From positions 96,001 to 160,000 of the forward strand of contig CAWHEP010000004.1 in the NCBI GenBank assembly GCA_963828525.1: a stretch of 64,000 bases of DNA, written 5' to 3'. The DNA comes from an uncultured Verrucomicrobiae bacterium (GTDB taxonomy: Bacteria; Verrucomicrobiota; Verrucomicrobiia; Chthoniobacterales; Chthoniobacteraceae). A program made the translations under genes and the position numbers. Positions 29,932-40,387 of this stretch are shown here, in pieces. How positions within the stretch are numbered: position 1 is the first letter of the stretch; each line of letters starts with the position of its first letter. The notes beneath the pieces are model-generated. The model searched no databases and was not told the origin of the DNA. It saw nothing but the letters and a program-made list of their open reading frames with translations.

Positions 29932-30542
29932 ATGCGCTTCCCCTCATTCCCTTCTCATCGCCTGCTATTCCCTCGCCTTGCTGTCTCGTCGCCGGCGGAT
30001 CAGGCGCGCCTCACCCGTGAGCGCGTCTCCGAACTCACCGCCTCCAAACCAGCGGCGATGAGAAGCGGATCACCGTCGAAATTTCTGGTCTAGGGAAAGC
30101 AATGTTCTTAGCCGGGGGTTCGCGCGCCGAAATGGAGAACGTTCGCGAGTTTCGCTATCCGAGCAGCTTTAAGGCGCCTCGCGCTTCCGCCGATCGGACC
30201 AGCCCGGCTATTGTGATTCCAACAACCCCAACCGACTTCGGGATGATCAACGCTGGATGGACGATTCATCTCCATGCGGAACGGCTTGGCAGCTTGATAG
30301 TCCTGGACGGCAGCGCCGAGTTCGTAAAGGTAGACTTGGTGAATGGCGGGTACGGCGCTCTTGCAGGGCCGATCTATGATCGAAAAGGAAACGTGCTTAC
30401 CCCGAACAAAGTTCAGCAGCCGATTTCATTTTCCACCACGTCGCGGTTCCACCTCACGGCCGTTCCCGGCGAACCATATCAAGTTTCCTTCTATAAGGGG
30501 AGTGCGGTCGAGAAACATACCATCAAGCTTTCGCTTCTGTAG
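29932..30542 (+). CDS. hypothetical exported protein resembling a secretin C-terminal segment (5' part frameshifted)
   Basis: REFRYPSSF..P, PTTPTDF, VQQPISFSTT in ORF 30102-30542; candidate ATG 29932 with a signal-like segment out of frame. Confidence 0.55.
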
Positions 30543-30643
30543 AGCGGGAGCTAAAACTTCGGGCGATCTGTCGATGTAATCTTCGGACTCTATAAAAGAG
30601 CGTTCGCTGGCAGACTCCGCCAATCACCGCCGTCTGGATCGCC

Positions 30644-33600
30644 TCAGTAATTCAGATTCGGCGAAAGCCACTTCTCCGCTTCTGCGACGGGTATTCCCTT
30701 GCGGGCCGCGTAATCCTCCACCTGATCCCGGTCGATTTTACCCACACTAAAGTACTTCGATTCCGGATGTCCAAAATACAGCCCGCTGACGGCTGCTCCC
30801 GGGTACATCGCGTAGCTTTCTGTCAGGGAGATGCCCGCCTTGGCTTCCGCGTCGAGTAAGCGAAATAGCACCTTCTTTTCTGTATGGTCAGGGCAGGCAG
30901 GATAGCCGGCCGCCGGGCGGATGCCCCTGTATCGTTCGCGCAACAGATCCTCCTTCGTGAGGTGCTCTTCGCTGGCAAACCCCCATTCGGCGCGCGCTTG
31001 CGCATGCAGATATTCCGCGAACGCCTCGGCGAGGCGGTCCGCGAGTGCCTTTGTCATGATCGAGTTGTAGTCGTCGTGATCCGCCTCGAAAATTTTCGCA
31101 AGCGCATCTGCTTTGTGGCCAGTCGTGACAGCGAAGCACCCTATGTAGTCTGCTCTTCCCGATGATTTTGGCGCTATGAAGTCTGAAAGCGATTGGTTGA
31201 ACTGCCCAGCCGGTTTCTGTATCTGCTGGCGCAGCATCCGGAATACGGCGAGCTTTTCCGAACGGCTTTCATCCGTGTAAAGGTCGATGTCGTCCCCGTG
31301 GGAGTTCGCGGGGAAGAAGCCGTAAACACCCCTGGCTTCAAGCAGTCCTTCCCCCACGATGCGATTCAGGAGGGTGGTGGCGTCCTCGTAAAGCGCGCGC
31401 GCTTCTTTGCCAACACTTGGGTCGTCCAGAATCGCGGGGTATCGGCCCCGCAATTCCCAAGTGTGGAAAAATGGCGACCAGTCAATATAAGGCACCAGGG
31501 TCTGGAGCGGCAGATTCTCGATCGTGCGAACCCCGAGGAAGGAGGGGGTATTGATAACCGCAGTCGTCCAATCGATCGGCGTCCTGTTTGCCCGCGCTGC
31601 CGCTAGAGGCGTCATCTTTTTCTCGCGATTTCGCGAGGCGTATTCCACGCGCAGCTTCTCATAATCCTCCCGCAGCTTCGCGCCAAAATCGGCCTTCAAC
31701 TCACCATTCAAGAGAGAGTTGACCACGCCCACCGCCCGGGAAGCATCCAGCACGTGAACTGTGTCATTCCGGTAATGAGGCGCGATCTTCACAGCCGTGT
31801 GCGCGCGGCTTGTGGTAGCTCCTCCTATGAGCAGGGGCACATGAAAATCCTGCCGCTCCATCTCCTGCGCGACATGCACCATTTCATCCAGCGAGGGCGT
31901 GATGAGGCCGCTCAGTCCGATGATGTCAGCATTCCGCTCTCGCGCGGTTGCGAGGATCTTATCCGCGGGAGTCATCACCCCCATGTCGATCACCTCGTAA
32001 TTATTACATTGCAGCACCACGCCCACGATGTTTTTGCCAATGTCATGCACATCGCCTTTCACTGTGGCCATGATGATGCGGCCCTGCGGTTTGGCATCGC
32101 TTTTCTTATCCGCTTCCATGAATGGCATCAGGTAGGCGACCGCTTTCTTCATGACGCGCGCGCTTTTCACCACCTGCGGTAGGAACATCTTTCCCGCGCC
32201 AAACAGATCCCCGACTATGCTCATGCCCGCCATGAGCGGGCCCTTCTATGACATTTAAAGGCCGGGCAAACTTTCGCCGGGCTTCCTCGGTGTCGGCATC
32301 GATGAAATCAACGATGCCCTTCACCAGGGCGTGGGAGAGACGGTCTTCGACAGAACCGTTGCGCCATTCCTCATCCTTTACCAGAGTCTTGCCCTTAGCC
32401 TTCACTGTCTCGGCGAAGTCCACGAGGCGTTCCGTCGCGTCGGGACGCCTGTTCAGCAGCACGTCCTCCACGAGCGCAAGGAGATCCTTTGGAACTTCCT
32501 CGTATACCGCGAGCTGTCCCGCGTTGACGATTCCCATATCGAGGCCAGCGCTTATGGCGTGGTAGAGAAACGCCGCGTGCATCGCCTCGCGCACCGTGTT
32601 GTTTCCCCGGAACGAGAATGAAATGTTGCTTACTCCGCCGCTCACCCGGCAGTACGGAAGGTTTGCCTTGATCCATCGCGCCGCCTCGATGAACGCGACG
32701 GCGTAGTTGTTATGCTCTTCGATGCCGGTCGCGACCGTGAGGATGTTTGGGTCGAAGATGATGTCGCTGCCGTGAAAGCCCGCTTTTTCCGTAAGCAGAC
32801 GGTAGGCGCGCTCACAGATGGCGATCTTCCGTTCATAGGAGTCGGCCTGTCCTGTTTCATCGAACGCCATCACCACCGTCGCAGCGCCATAGCGCTTCAC
32901 CAGACGGGCTTGCGCCAGAAACTTTTCCTCGCCTTCTTTCAGGCTTATCGAGTTTACGACGGCTTTACCCTGCGCGCATTTCAATCCCGCTTCGATCACC
33001 GTCCATTTCGAGCTGTCGATCATCAACGGAACGCGGCTGATATCGGGCTCGCTCGCGATGAGGTTGAGAAACCGGGTCATCGTCGCCTCGGAATCGATCA
33101 TCCCTTCGTCCATGTTCACGTCGATGATGTTTGCCCCTCCGGTGACCTGCTGCCGCGCCACCGCGAGCGCTGCCTCGAAATCCCCGGCCAGAATCAGTTT
33201 CGAAAACTTCGGCGATCCAGTGATGTTCGTGCGTTCCCCTATGAGCGTGAAATTGCTTTCGGGACGCAGAATTAGCGGTTCCAGGCCGCTGAGGCGGGTG
33301 AGGGGTTCGATCTTCGGCAGACTACGCGGAGCGCAACCCGCCACGGTTTCCGCGATGGCCTTGATGTGCGCCGGAGTGGTTCCGCAGCACCCGCCTACGA
33401 TATTCAGCCAGCCTGCTTCCGCCCATTCTCGCAACTGGGGCGCAAGCGTCTCCGGCGTCTCCGGGAATCCGGTTGCCGAAAGAGGATCAGGCAGCCCCGC
33501 GTTCGGGTAGCAACTCACGAAGACGGGCGCGATCCGCGAGAGCTCCTCGATATAGGGCCTCATTTCCCGAGGTCCCAAGGCGCAGTTTAACCCCACGCTC

Positions 33601-34331
33601 AGTAGCGGCGCGTGCGAGATTGAAATCCAGAACGCCTCCACCGTCTGCCCCGTAAGCGTCCGTCCGCTCAGGTCGGTGATTGTGCCCGACGCCATAACCG
33701 GGACCCGCTTTCCCGAATCCTCAAAATATTTGTCAATTGCGAAGAGAGCGGCTTTCAGATTCAGCGTATCGAACGTTGTCTCCGCGAGCAGCAAGTCCAC
33801 GCCTCCATCCATCAACCCGCGAACCTGTTCATAGTAGGCCGCCGTCACCTGATCGAATGTGACATCGCGCAGCGCCGGGTCATTCACGTCACGCGAGATG
33901 GAGAGCGTCTTGCTCATGGGGCCGATTGCGCCTGCTACAAAACGCTTCCGCGCCGGATTCGCCTTCATCACGGTGGAAACTGCCGCGCGCGCCACTCGAG
34001 CCGCCGCCACGTTCAGATCGTAAACGATGTGCTCCAGCCCGTAGTCAGCCAGGGAGATGGAGTTTGCGTTGAAAGTATTGGTCTCGATGATGTCCGCTCC
34101 CGCTTCCAGATAGCCCGTATGGATTTCCTCGATTACTTCGGGCCGCGTGAGGACAAGCAGATCATTGTTCCCCTTCAGGTCCCGCGGATGGGCGGCAAAC
34201 TGCGCGCCCCGATAATCCGCCTCTCCGAGCCTGTAGGTTTGGATCATCGTGCCCATCGCGCCATCCAAGATGAGAATCCTCTCGCGCAGGAGGAGTTCGA
34301 TGGGATGAGGAGATGTGGAGGCGGTGGGCAT
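30644..34331 (-). CDS. metH: cobalamin-dependent methionine synthase (1-nt indel near 32240)
   Basis: [48 protein letters not shown]; the two ORFs join at IEGP/LMAGM. Confidence 0.96.
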
Positions 34332-34385
34332 GCGTCGTAAGAAGGTTATACCGCGCAGGCCCTCATTCAACTCATTAATTAACGA

Positions 34386-34401
34386 ATCATGATGCCCTGA
34401 T
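34386..34401. promoter_or_regulatory. ATCA-N8-TGAT palindrome upstream of metH (SahR-like operator candidate)
   Basis: ATCA-TGATGCCC-TGAT, 55 nt upstream of the metH ATG in an AT-rich intergenic stretch. Confidence 0.45.
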
Positions 34402-34424
34402 GCGTTGTATTATCCCTGTCCTCA

Positions 34425-35279
34425 CTATCGGCAACAGACATCTGCCCAAATTCCCGTGACAAGAACGAGCCCGATGAACGCGTTGCTTTGGAAGAACGCG
34501 CGGTTGATTGCGATCAAGTCCATCTGGCGCGCGCTGAAGTGTTCATACACCAGGGCGAGCAACACCACCGCCAATGAGGCATAATAAAAGACGCCCAACC
34601 CACTCACGACTCCAAAAGCAACGAGGAGCAGCCACGTGGCAACGTGAAACCGCTGCGCCCATGCAAGGCTGCGCGCGCTTCCAAGCCGCACCACCAGTGA
34701 GTTCAAGCCGCTCTGCCGGTCGAACTCCGCGTCCTGCAGCGCGTAAATCAGGTCGAATCCGGCGACCCAGAAAAGCACCGCGACCGCCAGAACCAGCGGT
34801 GGCAGATCAACACGCCCGCGTACCGCTAGCCACGCGCCGACCGGTGAAACGGAGAGCGCGAATCCCAGAAAAAGATGCGTAAAGGAGGTGAAGCGCTTCG
34901 TGAGCGAATAAAAAAAAACGATTGCCAGGGCGGGGGGTGAAAGCCAGAAACAGAGCCTGTTAATCCACCACGTCGTCACCAGGAACGCGATGGAGCTCAC
35001 GATCAGCAGCGCGTATGCGCCTGCTTTGGGGATCAGCAGATGGCGTCCCGCCGTGCGCGGGTTGCGCCGGTCGATCTCCCAATCCGCCACCCGATTGAAT
35101 GTCATCGCTGCCGTCCGCGCCCAAACCATCGCGGCGACGATAAGGAGGACAAGGCGCGGGGCTGGCCATCCCCTTGCGGCGACCAGCATCGAGCCGAGGG
35201 CGAACGGCAGGGCAAAAACAGTGTGAGAAAACCGGATGAACGCCAGGATGCGGCCAAGCAGCCCGATCTTCGGCACCAT
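34425..35279 (-). CDS. UbiA-family prenyltransferase (MqnP-like, futalosine menaquinone pathway)
   Basis: IRFSHTVFALPFA, ARTAAMTFNRVADWEIDRRNPRTAGR, YSLTKRFT, GFDLIYALQD. Confidence 0.88.
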   Translation of the reverse strand: MVPKIGLLGRILAFIRFSHTVFALPFALGSMLVAARGWPAPRLVLLIVAAMVWARTAAMTFNRVADWEIDRRNPRTAGRHLLIPKAGAYALLIVSSIAFLVTTWWINRLCFWLSPPALAIVFFYSLTKRFTSFTHLFLGFALSVSPVGAWLAVRGRVDLPPLVLAVAVLFWVAGFDLIYALQDAEFDRQSGLNSLVVRLGSARSLAWAQRFHVATWLLLVAFGVVSGLGVFYYASLAVVLLALVYEHFSARQMDLIAINRAFFQSNAFIGLVLVTGIWADVCCR

Positions 35280-35290
35280 ACGGCGCGGGA

Positions 35291-35767
35291 TCAGCGCGGC
35301 GCCGGAGAAGCCGCCGGAAGAGTGCGCTCGTCGAACATATCCACAAGACGGTCATCCACCCGGATGTCTATCAGACGCCAGGCGGCGCTGTCTTTGTAGA
35401 AGTAGAACCGCCAGCGCAGCGGGTAAGTACTGCCAAGTGAAAGCACAGTAGCTCGCAGCAAGTGCGGCCCCACGCGCTGCACACCAACCAGGTCCTTGCC
35501 GGTGACATCCCCGTAAAGTTTCAGAGCCTCACTCGTCTTCGCCTTGAGACCAGCGACTTCCTCCTCTTTCTTGCCAATCTCTGTGCCTTTGGTGAGCGCG
35601 TCATAGGCTTCATCGACTCGGTTCTTCTGTAACAGGTCGAAAAATCCGTCGATTTTCTCCATCACGAGCGAATCGATTTTCACCGGTGCCGGAGAAGGTT
35701 CCTGAGCCATCGCAGCGGTCGCGAAGATCAAGGATGCGGCAAAGCAGGGGATAAAACGTTTGATCAT
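35291..35767 (-). CDS. exported hypothetical protein
   Basis: Signal peptide MIKRFIPCFAASLIFATAAMAQ; PLRWRFYFYK; start overlaps the upstream stop. Confidence 0.75.
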   Translation of the reverse strand: MIKRFIPCFAASLIFATAAMAQEPSPAPVKIDSLVMEKIDGFFDLLQKNRVDEAYDALTKGTEIGKKEEEVAGLKAKTSEALKLYGDVTGKDLVGVQRVGPHLLRATVLSLGSTYPLRWRFYFYKDSAAWRLIDIRVDDRLVDMFDERTLPAASPAPR

Positions 35768-36366
35768 TGGAGGAGTTTTTGGAGCGCGGCGCGCGCATCG
35801 GACGTAATTGGCGTTCCGTGCGCGAATGTCATGATTTCGAACGGAAACTGCAATAGTTTTTGGAGGGAGACCCTCAACAGCTTCGGATTCTCGCAGTATT
35901 TTGCCGGCAGCATGCGCAAGCACTCGGGCGGGAGATTGATGAGCGCGTCTCCGACGCAGAGGATGCCTCCATGCTCCGGTGAATGGATCGCGACCTCGCC
36001 TGCGGCTGCGCCGGGAAGGCTGATGCAGCGCAGACTTCCCAGAAAAACCTCGCCATCCTCGATATGCTGAAAAATGGACGTGTCTTCTGAGGCGTCCCTG
36101 CTGGCCATGATCCGAACGCCGAGTTTCTTGGCGAAAGCCGCCGACGCGCGCTCGTGATTCGCATTTGTAAGGATGATGCCCCCTGGGTGCGCGTTGGCGA
36201 GCATCCGTGCCAGCGGCGCTTCGCCGAGCCGGATGGGATCGACAAACACCAGCTTGTCTTCCGCCCGCAAGCCTGTCGAGTGGAGGTCCACCTTTGATGC
36301 CGGATCATACGCGCTCCAGCAGACGAGGCCCTCGCGGATTTCGTCATAGTCCTCGGCCGGTCTCAT
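35764..36366 (-). CDS. metallo-beta-lactamase-fold protein with degenerate metal motif
   Basis: LVFVDP, ILTNANHER (in place of THxHxDH), LPGAAAGE, VGDALI, FAHGTP. Confidence 0.7.
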   Translation of the reverse strand: MRPAEDYDEIREGLVCWSAYDPASKVDLHSTGLRAEDKLVFVDPIRLGEAPLARMLANAHPGGIILTNANHERASAAFAKKLGVRIMASRDASEDTSIFQHIEDGEVFLGSLRCISLPGAAAGEVAIHSPEHGGILCVGDALINLPPECLRMLPAKYCENPKLLRVSLQKLLQFPFEIMTFAHGTPITSDARAALQKLLQ

Positions 36367-36428
36367 CCATAGACTTTTAACATAGGCGGCGCGCAAAGTC
36401 ACCGCGCGCGCCTTCCATTTTGGAGGGA

Positions 36429-36457
36429 TTGCTCTCCCAATTGATTCCTTGTATAGT
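36429..36457 (+). promoter_or_regulatory. sigma70-like promoter
   Basis: TTGCTC-N17-TATAGT ending 9 nt before ATG 36467. Confidence 0.55.
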
Positions 36458-36466
36458 CGCATCCCT

Positions 36467-37685
36467 ATGGCCGGTCCTTCACTGAAACGGTTTAGTCCCC
36501 CGGGTCGGAGCTCCCGGTTTCCTTTCACCGCCATAGTCGGTCTTGAGCGGGCCAAACGGTCGCTGATATACCAGGCAGTCGATTCCCGCCTCGGAGGCAC
36601 GCTCCTTTTCGGTCGGGGCGGCTGCGCCAAGAGCACACTTGCAAGAATCCTTCGCCTCCCTCCTTCCGGCACCCGACGAAGCGCAGGAGGGCCGCTTCGT
36701 CGAAGTGCCTCTCGGCGCGACAGAAGACAGGCTGCTCGGTTCGGTCGATCCCACTGCCGTCATCGAGAATTCAAAGTGGAAGATGCGTCCCGGCCTCATT
36801 GAGGAAGCCAACGGCGGGATCCTCTACATCGATGAGATCAACCTTTTCCCCGATCATCTCGCTGATTTCATTCTCGACTCCGCCGCGACTGGCCAATACC
36901 GCATGGAGCGGGACGGATTTACGCGCATGGTCCGCAGCCAGTATGTCCTGATAGGTTCCATGAACCCGGAGGAAGGCGTCCTTCGTCCGCAGTTGATGGA
37001 TCGCTTCGCCCACGGAGTTCTCATTCGCGACGATTTCTCGGCCAGAGAGCGCATGGAGATCGTGAAGCTGCGCATGGATTTCGATGACGACCCGGGGCAA
37101 TTCTGCGACACATTCTTGGCTTCCGAGCGGGTTCTCCGCGAGCGCATCCGGAAGGCGCGGGCCACCGTTCGAGATGTGATCGTAAGCGACGAAGCGCGCA
37201 TGGGAATCGCAGAGCGCGCCCAACGTCTCGGGCTTCAGGGTCTGCGCGCGGAGCTCGCCGTCCTGAGAACCGCGAGATGCTCCGCCGCGTGGCACGAGAG
37301 AGAGGGGCTGGCTGATAGTGATTTGGAAGAAGCTTGGGAACTCTGTCTCGGCCATCGCCTGCGCCTCGACAGCGACAGTCCGCCGATGAACAGATCCGCG
37401 GCGGTCGGCACTAGTAACGAAAGATCAGCCCTCCCCGGCGCGGTTACGCGCTCTCGTGAGCCAGAGCCGCTCCACGTAGAGACGGCGCCAAAGGAAACTC
37501 CAGTCGATGACCCGGATTGGAACAGGGCGAGCGGTCGTCGTCGCGCGCGCGGCTCCGCCAGCCATTTGAGCGAAACCAGAACCGTAGCCGAGCCGATAGC
37601 ATGGCTCGCCTCCCTCCTGCTCTCCCTCCAGTGGGGCTGGAGACGCGGAATAGGGCACTGGCGCCTCCGCTACCTGCAACTCTGA
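36467..37685 (+). CDS. ChlI/ChlD-like chelatase AAA+ ATPase (indel near 36647; no vWA domain, possibly truncated)
   Basis: FPFTAIVG, GRGGCAKSTLAR, PLGATEDRLLGS, ANGGILYIDEIN, GSMNPEEGVLRPQLMDRF. Confidence 0.82.
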
Positions 37686-37735
37686 GGAGGGATGCGCGCC
37701 CAGGCGCAAGTGTGCTCGATCAGGATTGCGTTCTA

Positions 37736-38929
37736 TCAAACGACGGATGAGGGCGCTGCCCGCGCCTCTAGCGAAAGTATGATGTAATCTCCGGGGAGCG
37801 TGCCTGGATCGAGTCGTAACCTCCCGATCATATCCTGAGCGTCAATAGAAATATACAGGATGTTGCCCAAAGGATTGATGACCCGTCTTGCGCTTTGTTC
37901 TTCCGTGTAATTTGGGACAGCGCTCGTCATGTAGAATAGCTGGAAGACCGTTGCCACGGGGCTGGCGATTTCGATTCGCAGCAGGATCTCGTTACAGCCG
38001 CAGAAATCGAAATCTGGCAGCATGATCTGCGGGTCGTCGTCAACAGCCCGGATGACGTATCCGCGCGACTCAAGCAAGATCCGTTTGGAATTGTCAAAAG
38101 CGGCGGCCCTCAGACGCGCCTTCTCCCGCATCGCTTCGTCCGCCTGCAGCACAGAAGAACGCGCGATTTTCGCCCACTGGGCGGGATCCGCCGAGATGCC
38201 GGTCCACGCCGATTGCTGTTCAGTTTCTCCTGTTGGCAACTGGAGCGCGGGCAGTCCCGCGTGAATTTCCGGGTGAGCCTCAAGGTTGGAAACAACGTTC
38301 GAATCCTTGCGCCAGTTCGCTCGGAAATGAAGGCAGGTGGGTGACGGAAGATAGCCCGCCCGTCCAGTTCCGGCGACGATCCGCGCCCACATCTCCCAGT
38401 CCCCGTGACGGGGGAGCGACTCATCCCAGAAGCCATACTTTCCAAAACAACTCCGCCGATGCATCACGCAACTCGCGGGTATCCCATTTTGTTGCATGAG
38501 CAGGAAAGCGTCCCGTTTGAACGGATCGGTGAGATCAAAATCGCCCGGCAGGATCGCGCCGCCCGGTTCTACCCAAAGCGGGCGGCTGTAAGCCCATTCC
38601 GTGTCGCTTTCTACCAGGCAGCGGGCAAGCAAAGTAAGATGATCGTGGAGCCAGATGTCGTCGTGCGCAAGAAACGCGACGTAGTCGCCTTTGGCCTTCC
38701 GCAGCACAAAGTTACGGTTCGCGTACCCGAAACCGGGGCCTTTCGGAAGATCAAACCATCGAATGCGCGGATCGATAAACTGCGCGATGATTTCTCCCGT
38801 ATCATCAGCGCAGCCGTCGCCGACAACGAGCAACTCCCAATCCTCTTCCGTTTGCGCGAGCACCGATCTTATAGCAAACGGCAGCACATCGGCGCGATTG
38901 CGCGTCGGAAGGAGGATGCTGAATCTCAC
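37736..38929 (-). CDS. glycosyltransferase family 2 with C-terminal beta domain
   Basis: FSILLPTRNR, VVGDGCAD, AFLAHDD, GDWEMW; C-terminal LRLDPG. Confidence 0.88.
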   Translation of the reverse strand: MRFSILLPTRNRADVLPFAIRSVLAQTEEDWELLVVGDGCADDTGEIIAQFIDPRIRWFDLPKGPGFGYANRNFVLRKAKGDYVAFLAHDDIWLHDHLTLLARCLVESDTEWAYSRPLWVEPGGAILPGDFDLTDPFKRDAFLLMQQNGIPASCVMHRRSCFGKYGFWDESLPRHGDWEMWARIVAGTGRAGYLPSPTCLHFRANWRKDSNVVSNLEAHPEIHAGLPALQLPTGETEQQSAWTGISADPAQWAKIARSSVLQADEAMREKARLRAAAFDNSKRILLESRGYVIRAVDDDPQIMLPDFDFCGCNEILLRIEIASPVATVFQLFYMTSAVPNYTEEQSARRVINPLGNILYISIDAQDMIGRLRLDPGTLPGDYIILSLEARAAPSSVV

Positions 38930-39468
38930 CAGCCGCGCGCGTTTTGAAACTTGTAAGGAATCTCTTCCGTATCAAGCGGCAGCCTGTATTTATCGGGACG
39001 CGAATGGTCGTAGGGCATCGTCGGGAAGTTGATCACTATGGCATCCTTGGAGCCGATGTTGTGATTGGCATGCCAGATGCCCGCGGGAATATTCATCAGC
39101 CGCCGGTGGTGCTCGGTCATCACTACTTTCGAGAGCAGGCTGTATGTCGGTGATGCAGCTCGCGCGTCATACATCACGATTTCGATATCACCGGAAAGGA
39201 TGAAGTAGCGATCTTCATGCTGCAGGTGCATACCCCAGCCCTTGACCATGCCGGGGCGCAAAGAAAAGGTATAAACGAACGTGAGTGGATCCTGATGCCA
39301 GCCCCATCTGGGATCGAACAATTCGCATACGCTTCCGCGATCATCCACATGAGTGGTCGCGTCGCGAAAAGTGACTCCGGCGGGCAGGACCTGAAGGTTC
39401 TGCCCTTCGGCTGTTACAGTTGCGGCGTCCTGAAATCCGGCGAGGCTGACATTTGGGTGTTCTGCCAT
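38926..39468 (-). CDS. dTDP-4-dehydrorhamnose 3,5-epimerase-like cupin
   Basis: HVDDRGSVCE, VKGWGMH, YDARAASPTY, NIPAGIWH. Confidence 0.85.
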   Translation of the reverse strand: MAEHPNVSLAGFQDAATVTAEGQNLQVLPAGVTFRDATTHVDDRGSVCELFDPRWGWHQDPLTFVYTFSLRPGMVKGWGMHLQHEDRYFILSGDIEIVMYDARAASPTYSLLSKVVMTEHHRRLMNIPAGIWHANHNIGSKDAIVINFPTMPYDHSRPDKYRLPLDTEEIPYKFQNARGW

Positions 39469-39530
39469 TGTGGGAAAAGTATAGAGTCGGCAACCTTTGG
39501 GAAGCCAGAACGGCCCTCTAAATTGATAAA

Positions 39531-40052
39531 TTACACAGGCGGCGCTTCGCCCCGGGCAGCAAACCATTCTCGAAGGAAATATAGGTCAGCGGCGTCTTTT
39601 TCACGGTGAGTGCGCGTCTTCATTTGCCACAGCAGCCGGGGAGACGCGAAAGGGATGTCCACGCCCTGAATTTTGCGAAGCACCACATCTCTCAAGGCGG
39701 TCTCGTATTCGATCCCGCCCGCAGCCTTCATCAAATCCACAGTGATCTCGTCCGCTACTCGGACGACTGTGTATTCCGCGACTTCTCCCGGCTGGAGCAA
39801 CAGGACAGCCTTGTCAGGCAAAGATTCCAGTGTCTTGAAGACTCTGGCTTCGTTTTCGAGTGACGCGTCTATGAGAATGTCAACGTCCGCCGTGAATCGC
39901 GGATATCCGGCGGTGATAATCGCAAATCCGCCGACCACAACGTATCGCGCGCTCCAATCGTTAAGCAGGCGACAAAGAGACACTACATCTTCGAGCGTTG
40001 GCGGACGGGACGTCAGCCCTTCGAGTTGCCCGTCCAAATCTTCATAAGCCAT
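39531..40052 (-). CDS. nucleotidyltransferase (AbiEii/DUF6036-like)
   Basis: YVVVGGFA, RFTADVDIL, MKTRTHREKDAADL. Confidence 0.82.
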   Translation of the reverse strand: MAYEDLDGQLEGLTSRPPTLEDVVSLCRLLNDWSARYVVVGGFAIITAGYPRFTADVDILIDASLENEARVFKTLESLPDKAVLLLQPGEVAEYTVVRVADEITVDLMKAAGGIEYETALRDVVLRKIQGVDIPFASPRLLWQMKTRTHREKDAADLYFLREWFAARGEAPPV

Positions 40053-40228
40053 GCGTCGGCCTCCTCATGCGTCCTGAAGCGATATACACCGCGGGGGGGC
40101 ATCGGGAGCTTCAATGCCGCAATCAACTCCACGCCAAGGCTTTGAACGCCTGCGCCGAAGTCCTCTGCCGGTTTCCGCCGTCCCACTGTCTTGCCAGCGG
40201 GATCTTGCAAGTTTACGATGGATTTCAT
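40013..40228 (-). CDS. small hypothetical protein, candidate antitoxin
   Basis: MKSIVNLQDPAGKTVGRR...PRGVYRFRTHEEADAW; overlaps the nucleotidyltransferase start by 40 nt. Confidence 0.65.
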   Translation of the reverse strand: MKSIVNLQDPAGKTVGRRKPAEDFGAGVQSLGVELIAALKLPMPPRGVYRFRTHEEADAWLMKIWTGNSKG

Positions 40229-40387
40229 GAATGGAGTCCAGGCTACCGCCACGCCACCTTGTGACAAGTTACTCCGCCATAGGTGGAAAGGAACACCGTT
40301 TTTTTAAGCGGGTATGGTAATCTCCTTCTCGTGGCAAGTCTTTCAAGCACAACGCGCGGATTCACAATGGTTGTCCGAGCTGCGGAT

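Noticed and set aside
30644..34370. Naturally split metH
   Set aside because: The break falls inside the conserved IEGPLMxGM motif and one base restores a continuous frame.
36467..37685. Evidence of (bacterio)chlorophyll synthesis
   Set aside because: ChlI/D-like ATPases are widespread in non-phototrophs and no other bch/chl genes are present.
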